From assembly GCA_002394685.1 (NCBI GenBank), contig DGUP01000053.1:14767-78766 (forward strand): a stretch of DNA of 64,000 nucleotides, written 5' to 3'. Every line of letters begins with the position of its first letter. Within the stretch, counting starts at the first letter, position 1. The notes under the pieces are model-generated. The model was not told the DNA's origin. It did not search any database and worked only from the letters and a program-made list of their open reading frames with translations. The translations under genes and the position numbers were made by a program. Positions 19,118-27,917 of the stretch are shown piece by piece. Source of the stretch: Treponema sp. UBA4307. Lineage in GTDB: Bacteria; Spirochaetota; Spirochaetia; Treponematales; Treponemataceae.

Positions 19118-20551
19118 ATGGGCGGCGTATTTGGTGTGGCTTCTAAAGATGATTGTTCTTTAGATTTGTTTTTTGGTGTTGATTATCACTCTCATCTTGG
19201 AACAAAAAAAGGTGGGCTGGCAGTTTACAAAAACGACGGCTCTTTCCAGCGTTCCATCCACAATATTTCTAATTCACCATTTAGAACTAAGTTTGATACA
19301 GATATTGGAAATATGAAGGGGCCGATAGGAATCGGATGTATTTCGGATTATGAAGCACAACCTCTTCTTGCCCGGTCTCATCTGGGACGTTTCGCAATAA
19401 CTACAGTTGGTGCAGTTGCAAATAAAGAAGAGCTGATTAAAGAACTTATGGAAAACGGCGGTTCTTTTCTGGAAATGTCAGGCGGGGAAGTTAATCAGAC
19501 AGAACTTATCCTTGCTCTCATAAACACACAGAAGACAATTGTTGACGGAATAAGATACGTACAGTCCAAGATTGAAGGTTCTATCTCCATGCTCATTGCT
19601 ACAGCGGACGGAATTTATGGAGCCAGAGATAAACTGGGACGCACTCCTCTTCACATCGGTATAAAAAAAGATAACAACGGTTCAATTTTATCTCACTGTA
19701 TTTCCTTTGAAAATTTTGCATACATGAATCTGGGCTACAAAGACGAACATGAACTTGGTCCGGCAGAAATTGTTTTTATAACATCAGACCGCTACGAAGT
19801 TATACAGCAGCCGGCAGACAAAATGAAAATCTGTACCTTCCTCTGGATTTACTACGGATATCCTACTGCCTGTTACGAAGGCGTTAATGTAGAAACAATG
19901 CGTTATAACTGTGGAAAATATCTTGCCATGCGGGACAAAGATTCTAATATTCATCCGGACTATGCAGCAGGAGTTCCAGATTCCGGTACTGCACACGCTG
20001 TAGGTTATGCAAATGAAGCCGGCATTCCTTTTACAAGACCTTTCATAAAATATACCCCAACCTGGCCACGTTCATTTATGCCGACTAATCAGGAGCAGCG
20101 TAATCTCATTGCCCACATGAAACTTATTCCTGTTCCTCAGCTTATAAAAGATAAAAGCATTTTGTTAATTGATGATTCAATTGTACGTGGAACACAACTT
20201 CGTGAAACAACGGACTTCCTCTATCAGTCTGGTGCAAAGGAAGTTCACGTAAGACCTGCATGTCCTCCAATTATGTTCGGTTGTAAATATTTAAATTTCT
20301 CACGCTCAAAGTCTGAAATGGATTTGATTGCCCGTCGGGTTGTAAAAAAGTTTGAAGGGGAGGATGTTAAACCTGAGGTACTTGCAAAATACTGTGATCC
20401 TGATACTCCTGAATATGAAAAGATGCAGGAAGAAATCAGAAAACAGCTGCACTTTACCACTCTGCGTTTTCATCGCCTTGATGATATGCTGGATTCAACA
20501 GGTCTGGACCACTGTAAACTTTGTACTTACTGCTGGAACGGTCAGGAATGA
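19118..20551 (+). CDS. purF: Amidophosphoribosyltransferase (variant lacking N-terminal Cys)
   Basis: Ntn-fold N-domain, GVPDSG, PRPP-binding LIDDSIVRGTQ, Fe-S-type cysteines (FGCKY, CTYCW); begins MGG, not MCG. Confidence 0.88.
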   Translation: MGGVFGVASKDDCSLDLFFGVDYHSHLGTKKGGLAVYKNDGSFQRSIHNISNSPFRTKFDTDIGNMKGPIGIGCISDYEAQPLLARSHLGRFAITTVGAVANKEELIKELMENGGSFLEMSGGEVNQTELILALINTQKTIVDGIRYVQSKIEGSISMLIATADGIYGARDKLGRTPLHIGIKKDNNGSILSHCISFENFAYMNLGYKDEHELGPAEIVFITSDRYEVIQQPADKMKICTFLWIYYGYPTACYEGVNVETMRYNCGKYLAMRDKDSNIHPDYAAGVPDSGTAHAVGYANEAGIPFTRPFIKYTPTWPRSFMPTNQEQRNLIAHMKLIPVPQLIKDKSILLIDDSIVRGTQLRETTDFLYQSGAKEVHVRPACPPIMFGCKYLNFSRSKSEMDLIARRVVKKFEGEDVKPEVLAKYCDPDTPEYEKMQEEIRKQLHFTTLRFHRLDDMLDSTGLDHCKLCTYCWNGQE

Positions 20552-20583
20552 TTCTGCTGAAAAATGTATTATAATTGGAGAGT

Positions 20584-20994
20584 ATGAATAACAGATTGTA
20601 CCGCGTTTTAGACGCAGATGTTTTTGAAAGCTATATGGCTATGGAAGGATGGGATTCATTTCCTTTTCTCCATACCCAGATTAATGAGAACGGCGAGTTC
20701 AGATCTTTTATGAAGGATTTTGAACAGTACATGATTTATACAGAAAAGGGAAGCGGTTGTCTTCTTGAAGCTGTATGCATTTACCGTATTCTTGGTGACA
20801 CTCTTGTAATTGATTATTTTGAAATCAATAAGAAAATCCGTCACCAGGGAATTGGGGCTGCAGTTCTTGAAACATTGATTTATGTTACTGGACTTTCAAA
20901 AGTAGAACTTGATGCTAAAGACGAAAATGCTGCTAAATTCTGGGCGGCCATGGGGCTTAAACAGAGTGATCAGCAGCATTTTACTTTAGGGTGA
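20584..20994 (+). CDS. GNAT N-acetyltransferase
   Basis: RHQGIGAAVL, AAKFWAAMG; GGAG RBS before 20584. Confidence 0.75.
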   Translation: MNNRLYRVLDADVFESYMAMEGWDSFPFLHTQINENGEFRSFMKDFEQYMIYTEKGSGCLLEAVCIYRILGDTLVIDYFEINKKIRHQGIGAAVLETLIYVTGLSKVELDAKDENAAKFWAAMGLKQSDQQHFTLG

Positions 20995-21009
20995 TTCTAT
21001 TTTGTAAAA

Positions 21010-22263
21010 TTATTTTGCGGGAATTGCTTCAGGAGCAGATTCTTCTTTCTGATCCTGATTGTTTTCCTGAGGATCTTTTGCGTAAAGAGCCTTAAGAAGA
21101 AGTGGTGTAGAAATTGAACTGATGATGATAAGCAGAATTACTGCAGTGAAAAATTCGCTTGAAAGTAATCCTGATGAAAGTCCTCTCTGAGCAACAATCA
21201 GTGCAACTTCACCACGAGTCATCATTCCGCAGCCAATTTTAAGACAATCTTTTCCTTTAAATCCTAACAGTCTGCTTATTCCTCCACATCCGACAACCTT
21301 TGAAGCCATACCGACTACAACAAATGCCAGTGAGAACAAAATCAGTGGAATGTCAATATTCTGGATATTTGTCTGCAATCCTATAGAACAGAAGAATACT
21401 GGTCCAAAGAGCATGTACTGGTTTACGTCCATCTTACGCTGAATGTAATTTGAATCTTTTGTAGAACAGAGAATTACGCCTGCAATGTATGCGCCGGTAA
21501 TGTCTGCAACTCCAAAGAATTTCTGAGCCACATAAGACATGATGAATGCAAGGGCAAGACCCATGATTGGAATACGGCGTGTGTGAGTCCAGCGGGAATC
21601 TGCTTTCTTAAAGAGTTTGTAGAAAAGAAAACCGAAGACAATTGCAAATACAAAGAATGCTGCTGTCTTAACGAGAACCAGCCAGATTTTTTCTGAAGGA
21701 TTTTTAAATCCGATTACGATTGTAAGAACAATAATTCCAATTACATCATCTATAATTGCAGCGCTTACAATTGTCTGGCCTAAAAAGTTGTTCAGCTTGC
21801 CCATTTCCTTTAAGGTCTGAACTGTAATACTTACTGAAGTTGCAGTGAGAATTGTTCCGATATAAAGAGCCTTGTAAAATTCTTCAGAACCGACTGTGTC
21901 AAAGCCGTAAAAGCACATGTAAAGAACTGTTCCTGCAATCAGAGGAATAAATACACCACAACATGCGATGATTGTTGCTTTAGCACCACTTTTCTTCAGG
22001 TCATTGATGTTGGTGCCCAAACCAGCGTTAAACATCAGCATAATTACGCCGATTTCTGCCATAAATGAAAGTGGTTCTGACTGTTGAACTCCTAAATACT
22101 GGCTGATGTAAGGAATTTTTCCGAAAATACTTGGCCCGATAATGAGCCCTGCAATAATTTCGCCTGCTACCTGAGGGGCTTTTAACTTGCGTGCCAGAAG
22201 TCCAAAAACTTTTGCAAAAATAATGATGACTGCAAGTTGTCTTAAAAAATCAATTTTGTCCAT
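21010..22263 (-). CDS. Cation:proton antiporter (CPA2, KefB/NapA-like)
   Basis: GEIIAGLIIGPS, AAIIDD, GMMTRGEVAL; about 12 TM helices. Confidence 0.9.
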   Translation of the reverse strand: MDKIDFLRQLAVIIIFAKVFGLLARKLKAPQVAGEIIAGLIIGPSIFGKIPYISQYLGVQQSEPLSFMAEIGVIMLMFNAGLGTNINDLKKSGAKATIIACCGVFIPLIAGTVLYMCFYGFDTVGSEEFYKALYIGTILTATSVSITVQTLKEMGKLNNFLGQTIVSAAIIDDVIGIIVLTIVIGFKNPSEKIWLVLVKTAAFFVFAIVFGFLFYKLFKKADSRWTHTRRIPIMGLALAFIMSYVAQKFFGVADITGAYIAGVILCSTKDSNYIQRKMDVNQYMLFGPVFFCSIGLQTNIQNIDIPLILFSLAFVVVGMASKVVGCGGISRLLGFKGKDCLKIGCGMMTRGEVALIVAQRGLSSGLLSSEFFTAVILLIIISSISTPLLLKALYAKDPQENNQDQKEESAPEAIPAK

Positions 22264-22407
22264 TCTGTTGTCTCTTGGGTATAATTATAGTTTTATGACT
22301 AAAATATTCAATATGTTCCATTTTTATAAGTCGTGAATCTTGCCTTTTTTAATCCTGCAGAATAGAATTTGGATGATATAAATTCTGCTTTTTTTAAAGA
22401 GGTTTGA

Positions 22408-23304
22408 ATGAATATTGCCCGTTATCATCTGCCAGGATTATTTGAGTTTTACGATTTGTACAAAAAGTTTCTTCCTCTTTACCGAACTCACAGGGAATAT
22501 TTTTACGAATGGTGCAGCATTGAGTCAATTTATGGTGCGCCGGGGGATTGTATCTGGGGCGGTGGAAGAGTTGGCTTTGGGGATGCAGATCCTGTGGAAG
22601 TTATTTCTCTGCTGAAGGAATATGATATTTCTCCCCGTTTAACTTTTAGCAATTCCTTATTAATAGAAGAAAATCTTCAGGATAAAAAATGTAATCATAT
22701 TTGCAGTCTCTTTTCTGCCTGCAGGAAATTAAGAACTGGCATCATAATTCATTCTGATTTACTTTTAAATTATTTACGTAAAAGGTTTCCGGATTTTTAT
22801 TATATTTCTTCAACAACTAAGGTCCTTACAGATTTTCATCAGTTTCATGAGGAATTAAAGCGGGATGAATTTGAATATGTTGTTCCAGATTTCAGGTTAA
22901 ATAAAGATTTTGCTGATCTGGAAAAATTATCCCGGGAAGAAAAAAATAAAGTTGAATTTTTATGTAACGAATGTTGCTTTGTAGGCTGTACTGAAAGAAA
23001 GGCTTGTTATGAAAATGTAAGCAGAAAAAGTTTGGGGCAGATTTGCCCGGATCATGTATGCAGGTCTCCGGGGGCGGATAGGGGCTATGTTTTTTCAAAA
23101 GCAATGAAAAATCCTTCATTTATTGGAATTGAGGAAATTCAAAAACTATATTTACAGGCGGGTTTTACAAATTTCAAGATTGAAGGTCGAAGCCTGGGAA
23201 GTGCCATTGTTCTGGAATTTCTGTTGTATTATTTAACAAAGCCTGAATATCAGCTGAATGTTCGTGAAGCCATCTACCTGGACAGCAGCCTGGACCTGTT
23301 TTAA
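22408..23304 (+). CDS. Peptidase U32-like putative Fe-S protein
   Basis: FLCNECCFVGC..R..CY, CPDHVC, FKIEGR. Confidence 0.6.
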   Translation: MNIARYHLPGLFEFYDLYKKFLPLYRTHREYFYEWCSIESIYGAPGDCIWGGGRVGFGDADPVEVISLLKEYDISPRLTFSNSLLIEENLQDKKCNHICSLFSACRKLRTGIIIHSDLLLNYLRKRFPDFYYISSTTKVLTDFHQFHEELKRDEFEYVVPDFRLNKDFADLEKLSREEKNKVEFLCNECCFVGCTERKACYENVSRKSLGQICPDHVCRSPGADRGYVFSKAMKNPSFIGIEEIQKLYLQAGFTNFKIEGRSLGSAIVLEFLLYYLTKPEYQLNVREAIYLDSSLDLF

Positions 23305-23308
23305 AAAT

Positions 23309-23350
23309 GGTCGGCGCTCACTACGTTTCAAATCCAAGTTTTGTTTAACA
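23309..23350. repeat. 42-bp partial copy of the tRNA-linked repeat unit
   Basis: Identical to 24323-24364 and one mismatch versus 24122-24163. Confidence 0.9.
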
Positions 23351-23362
23351 TTTTTTACGATA

Positions 23363-23701
23363 TTACAGACCAAGAATAAGTCTTATACCATCTTCTATTT
23401 CTGCCATATCATACCGAGAAATCTCACCAACTTTTTCTGTCAATCGAGACTTGTCTATAGCACCAGTTTGAGAAACAACAGCCACAGAATCCTTAGAAAG
23501 TGAACTGGAAGATTTCTCTATATATACATTCGCAGGTGCATCAGCAAGCATAAGATTTGTTGTGAGAGGAACAACAATTACAGTTCGGAGTTCTTTAATG
23601 TTAAATTCGTTTGTTTGAACAATAACTACAGGGCGACGAAATCCTGTTTCACTACCAAAAGGTACTCCGTAATCAGCCCAATAAATCTCACCACGAGTCA
23701 T
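23363..23701 (-). CDS. PemK/MazF-family toxin
   Basis: RGEIYWAD..GSETGFRRPVVIVQ, VVPLTT, IDKSRL. Confidence 0.9.
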   Translation of the reverse strand: MTRGEIYWADYGVPFGSETGFRRPVVIVQTNEFNIKELRTVIVVPLTTNLMLADAPANVYIEKSSSSLSKDSVAVVSQTGAIDKSRLTEKVGEISRYDMAEIEDGIRLILGL

Positions 23702-23924
23702 TTTTAGTCAGTTCCCTCCAGGAATCAAGTGTAGCACCACAATAAGCTGTCTGCTCATTCTCTGGAATCTTTGAATATATTGCAGCAAGTTTTTCAGATA
23801 TGTCTTCTGATTTTCTTGACTTAGCTTTTGCCTCATGTAAAAGGAATTGGACAAAATGCTCTACTTGCTCATAATATTCTTTTGGTAAAGACTTAATCTG
23901 TTTTTCCAAAACTTCGTATGGCAT
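23688..23924 (-). CDS. Putative antitoxin (DUF2281-like)
   Basis: Small gene overlapping the toxin start; LEKQIKSLP..QVEHFVQFL. Confidence 0.65.
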   Translation of the reverse strand: MPYEVLEKQIKSLPKEYYEQVEHFVQFLLHEAKAKSRKSEDISEKLAAIYSKIPENEQTAYCGATLDSWRELTKNDSW

Positions 23925-24017
23925 TCTGAACCTCCTTATTTTGTTTGATTATAACACATTTTGTAGAAAAAGACATAAAAAAAGGATTTACAATCTTAAA
24001 ATTGCAAATCCTCGTTG

Positions 24018-24418
24018 TGGGCCATCTTGGATTTGGCTTACAGTCGCAAACATCGTGTTTGCTCCTTCCAGCCCGACTACGTTCGCTGACGTGGCCATCC
24101 CTGGCCACTTTTCCTCCCGTAGGTCGGCGCTCACTACGTTTCAAATCAAAGTTTTGTTTAACAGGATTTTGTAAATAAAAAAAAAGACTATTGCGTTTAA
24201 CAATAGTCTTTGAGGTTTTGGGCCATCTTGGATTTGGCTTACAGTCGCAAACATCGTGTTTGCTCCTTCCAGCCCGACTACGTTTGCTGACGTGGCCATC
24301 CCTGGCCACTTTTCCTCCCGTAGGTCGGCGCTCACTACGTTTCAAATCCAAGTTTTGTTTAACAGAATTTTGTAAATAAAAAAAAGACTATCGTGTTAAA
24401 CAATAGTCTTTGAGGTTT
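24018..24418. repeat. Two tandem tRNA-linked repeat units (201 and 200 bp)
   Basis: 24018-24218 and 24219-24418 are near-identical. On the + strand each starts with TGGGCCATCTTGGATTTG, the complement of the last 18 nt of the tRNA. Confidence 0.95.
24384..24410 (-). terminator. tRNA intrinsic terminator (duplicated at about 24184-24210)
   Basis: Minus strand AAGACTATTG-tttaaca-CGATAGTCTT followed by a T-run. Confidence 0.75.
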
Positions 24419-24491
24419 TGGGCCATCTTGGATTTGAACCAAGGACCAAAGGATTATGAGTCCTCTGCTCTAACCGCTGAGCTAATGGCCC
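24419..24491 (-). tRNA. tRNA with CAT anticodon, most likely tRNA-Ile2 (lysidine-modified)
   Basis: GGGCCATTAGCTCAGCGGTTAGAGCAGAGGACTCATAATCCTTTGGTCCTTGGTTCAAATCCAAGATGGCCCA folds as a 73-nt cloverleaf with no encoded CCA. It lacks initiator features. Ile2 versus elongator Met is judged by resemblance only. Confidence 0.88.
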
Positions 24492-24503
24492 GATGTAGAA
24501 AAG

Positions 24504-24533
24504 ATTTTATCAGAAAACCGCTTTTTGCGTCAA
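24504..24533 (-). promoter_or_regulatory. Sigma70-type promoter of the intact tRNA
   Basis: TTGACG-N18-TAAAAT with TGn extension, 12 nt upstream of the tRNA. Confidence 0.6.
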
Positions 24534-24560
24534 TAAGTAGTATAGTAAAGCTAGTATTAG

Positions 24561-24782
24561 ACTAAAAAGGTATTTAGAAGAATTGGGAACGAAAACAGCA
24601 TCTCTGTGAATGAAGATGGCAAATTCATAAAAAAATCTGTTAAAAAACTAGAGCGTAAATATAAAAGTAATTTACTGATTGATGATAATATATTACCCGT
24701 AACAGAAAAAGGGGAATATATTATTATGCATACCGAAATTCTATCAAAATATGATAGTTTTTATTCAAAATGGTTTAAATAA
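24561..24782 (+). pseudogene. Start-less 73-codon 3' gene fragment of unknown origin
   Basis: Open frame between stops (…KSVKKLERKYKSNLLIDDNILPVTEKGEYIIMH…KWFK*) with no usable start near its 5' end. Confidence 0.35.
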
Positions 24783-24878
24783 TTAGTTTTCATATTCATT
24801 AATTATGAAAAAAACGGTTTGATAACTAACAAACCGTTTTTTTTAACTCCATCGAAAAAATGTTCAAAGGGTTAGCGA

Positions 24879-25754
24879 TTGGAGCTGCGCCGTAAACTTA
24901 AAAATTCAATTTGCGGATACAGTATTATTGTCCATAGGTTTTGTCGGTCAAATCCTAATTTCACAAGCAAGTTTGTAATGATTCCATTTGATGAAACAAA
25001 GTCTATGATAAGTCCGCAAATGATTACCATACCTATTCATAATACCTTCGAAATTGAAAATGCCATGACGGATATAATTCAAAATGGAGAGTCGGAAAAA
25101 CTCTCAAAATGGATTTCTCAGATTCCTGCTATTCGAGGAGGAACGATTGCACCGGACCAGCTTCGTCAAAGAAAGAATCTTTTTGTTGTAACAGCAACTC
25201 TTGCCTCTCGGGCGGCTATTAGAGGTGGACTCGATATTAATGATGCATTCACCTTGAGTGACTCATATATTCAAAAATCAGAATTAATCAACAATCCATC
25301 TGCAATCACCAATCTTCAGTATCATATGCTTATAGATTTTACAGAAAAAGTTGCACAGCTCAGAAATGGAGAAAACACTACAAAACTATCGGTAAAAGTT
25401 GCCAATTATATACAACAACATATTTCAGAAAATATTGATGCTGAAGAAATGGCCGCAGAATTAGGATTCAGTCGTCCTTATCTTTCCAAAAAGTTTAAGG
25501 AAACAACTGGAAAAACACTTACCGATTATATTCAGACAAAAAAAATCGATGAAGCAAAGCGTCTCTTAAAATATTCTGATAAATCCCAGAATCAAAAGAC
25601 CTCCGAGAATTGTTTTTGTGGATGGAATCTCTCCTGCAAAAATTATTACCCAGACAGGATTCAAAACAGGTTCCAGCATTGTGATAAAAGATGTAGTAAG
25701 TGCACGTACATTTCTGATTCCTATCGAGTAGAGAATGGAAGAAATGCCTATTGA
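24879..25754 (+). pseudogene. Truncated AraC-family regulator with chimeric C-terminus
   Basis: ELGFSRPYLSKKFKETTG..AKRLLKYSDKS is the first AraC HTH. The second HTH is replaced by antisense of a transporter fragment. There is no clear start or RBS. Confidence 0.75.
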
Positions 25755-25892
25755 AACAATTCCTACAAGAAGCAGGAATAAAGATGATTTCAAATTTGGA
25801 ACTCCACTTTGAATTACAAAAGGCAAGCAGACTATTGCTGTAATCAGAGAAATAAAATTTAAAACAACAAAGGCTTGCTGGTAATCCAACAA
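25566..25892 (-). pseudogene. EamA/DMT transporter 3' fragment
   Basis: LYSIGIRNVRALTTSFITMLEPVLNPVWV..GEIPSTKTILGG; N-terminal half absent. Confidence 0.75.
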
Positions 25893-25935
25893 GCCGATTT
25901 TTTTATGTTGTAGTACTTTTTCAAGAGATTATTAC

Positions 25936-27705
25936 TTAAATTCCCATCAAATAGTCTTCCACGTTTTTATACTGAATGCCATTTTCTTCAGAGTAACTTT
26001 CTCCGCGATATAGCACAACTTTTTCCAGAATTTTTCCGTATCTGAATTCTGTCTGCTTACAATTATCTTCGTTAATCAGATGGCGGTACTGGAACGGTGA
26101 TTTTTCTTTACTGTGCTTTATTTCGTAAATCTTACAGCAGACATTTTCAGAATCATAAACGACCATATCAAATTCTCCAACTGCAAACTGTAGCTTAAAT
26201 ACTTCAAGATTTTGATTTGCTTTTTTTGTTTCAAGCTGAACAATTTCTTCAAGCATGCGTCCTTTTATATCATCAAGGATTCTTTCCGTAATTCGCTTTC
26301 GTTCCTGAGCATCAACATTCTTAAAAGTTTCATCCATCATCAGAGATTTAATTAATGACTCGGCCTGAGAATAGCGTAGACCTGGTTGGCTAAACACGGT
26401 TGTAACTTTTTTGCTGTGCAAATCATTCATGTCTACGAGAGGAATATCACATGTTAAATCCAATAAATCAAGATATTCTTTTATCTCCAGTCGATGAGCA
26501 TTCTGAATATCAATTTTCTGTTCTTCCTGGTTCAGAATTCTCAGCAATTTCTTTAAGCGCTCTGTGATTTTTTCGCCATCAGCATCATCAAGAATATCCG
26601 TAGGATTTTCACGGTCCTTTCGCATTATATCTTTTGCACTACCAAAGTAATGCGATTTAAAAGCTTGTGTAAGAACTTCAATCGTGAATTCGTGATTCAT
26701 ATCTTCGACAATTCTATTTATGGCACTGGTAAGTTCACCTTTATCATAAAGTGACTTTAGATTTCTGAAATGACTTCCATACTGATAGTTTTTAAGTGAG
26801 TGCTGGATATTTCGAGCAATAGCTGTATTAACATAATCAGCTGTACTTTTCTTTGTTCCAAATATTCCCTTGTTGTAATTGTCTCCGCTTTGGCTCATGG
26901 TTCCGCCAAATTCCATGTACTGATCAATATCATGTATGCCCAATACATTTGAAAATTCACGGAAAGGGATAAAGGTTGTGTGAAGCAAAATACATCTGTC
27001 GTAAAGCTGCTCATCTTCTGAAAAAACAAAGCCTAGAGAATCTGTTCCTGAAAGCACAATTTTCATTCCGCTGGAAGCAAAAACATCGGAAAATAAAGCT
27101 GCACCTTGTATATAATCGTCCATCATTGTTACTTCATCAATGAATACGTATTTATATCCAAGAGTCTCTAGCTTTCGTAAATCTTTATTTACATCAGCAA
27201 GCGTGTTTGTAGGATTAATCTGAATAAAGACAGTTTTATTTCTGTCTTCGTCATTCATGTTATAAATAATCTGGCGAATCAAGGTTGTTTTTCCTGTTCG
27301 TCGCAAACCATACAGGATGAAAACTTTGTCATGAGAATCGCTATATACATATTGTTCGAGCGCAGAATATAATTCTCGTTTCTTGTAATCCTTAATTGAG
27401 GCAGCGAAATCTTCCAGCGTTTTTCCAATTCTTACATCAGTAATAAAAGTTGGAGCTTCTTCCTGCGCTTCTGAAGTATCTAGGTTTTTATGAATTTTAA
27501 GATTTGACAATTGTGTTTGCAGGGACTTTCTTTCTTCAATCTGCTGTTTCAGATACTCGTGTTCATCTTCTTTGACAATGCGGGAACGCTGTTTACCATT
27601 CTCAGTCCATTGATAGTAAGTATAAGCCTTACCCCTGATTGTTTTTGTAGTAAGACCACCAGATGGAAGAGAGTCGATTTTTTTTAGGATTTCTTCTGCA
27701 TTCAT
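25936..27705 (-). CDS. AAA ATPase with C-terminal PD-(D/E)xK-like region
   Basis: YGLRRTGKTT, FIDE, GEFDMV..IYEIK; N-terminal YYQWTENGKQRS module. Confidence 0.8.
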   Translation of the reverse strand: MNAEEILKKIDSLPSGGLTTKTIRGKAYTYYQWTENGKQRSRIVKEDEHEYLKQQIEERKSLQTQLSNLKIHKNLDTSEAQEEAPTFITDVRIGKTLEDFAASIKDYKKRELYSALEQYVYSDSHDKVFILYGLRRTGKTTLIRQIIYNMNDEDRNKTVFIQINPTNTLADVNKDLRKLETLGYKYVFIDEVTMMDDYIQGAALFSDVFASSGMKIVLSGTDSLGFVFSEDEQLYDRCILLHTTFIPFREFSNVLGIHDIDQYMEFGGTMSQSGDNYNKGIFGTKKSTADYVNTAIARNIQHSLKNYQYGSHFRNLKSLYDKGELTSAINRIVEDMNHEFTIEVLTQAFKSHYFGSAKDIMRKDRENPTDILDDADGEKITERLKKLLRILNQEEQKIDIQNAHRLEIKEYLDLLDLTCDIPLVDMNDLHSKKVTTVFSQPGLRYSQAESLIKSLMMDETFKNVDAQERKRITERILDDIKGRMLEEIVQLETKKANQNLEVFKLQFAVGEFDMVVYDSENVCCKIYEIKHSKEKSPFQYRHLINEDNCKQTEFRYGKILEKVVLYRGESYSEENGIQYKNVEDYLMGI

Positions 27706-27713
27706 GCCTATAT

Positions 27714-27764
27714 TGTAACTTATGTAACTTAGTTGCGCAAGTTAATTAAGTTACATAAGTTACA
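27714..27764. promoter_or_regulatory. Perfect 18-bp inverted repeat overlapping the ATPase promoter
   Basis: TGTAACTTATGTAACTTA-N15-TAAGTTACATAAGTTACA; overlaps TTGCGC-N17-TACAAT on the minus strand. Confidence 0.75.
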
Positions 27765-27917
27765 CACAGAAGGTTTACCTGGGAGTTTTGTTTGAATATG
27801 GTATTTTTTGCCGATATATTTTATCGAGTATAATCGACAGATAACCATTTAAGTTGTCGAATACAGTCGACATTATTTGTTACCAAAATTGTATAGTTTT
27901 GGTAACATTTTCGCCGA

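Noticed and set aside
23893-24379. ORFs 23893-24351, 23941-24174, 23945-24178, 24141-24335 and 24191-24379
   Set aside because: They are chance frames through the GC-rich repeat and reproduce its periodicity.
24018-24418. CRISPR array interpretation of the tandem repeats
   Set aside because: The units are 200 bp, contiguous, with no unique spacers, and no cas genes are in the window.
22408-24491. Functional link between the U32-like gene and the neighbouring tRNA
   Set aside because: They are convergent and separated by inserted DNA. Ile2 uses lysidine, not hydroxylation, so proximity alone is not evidence.
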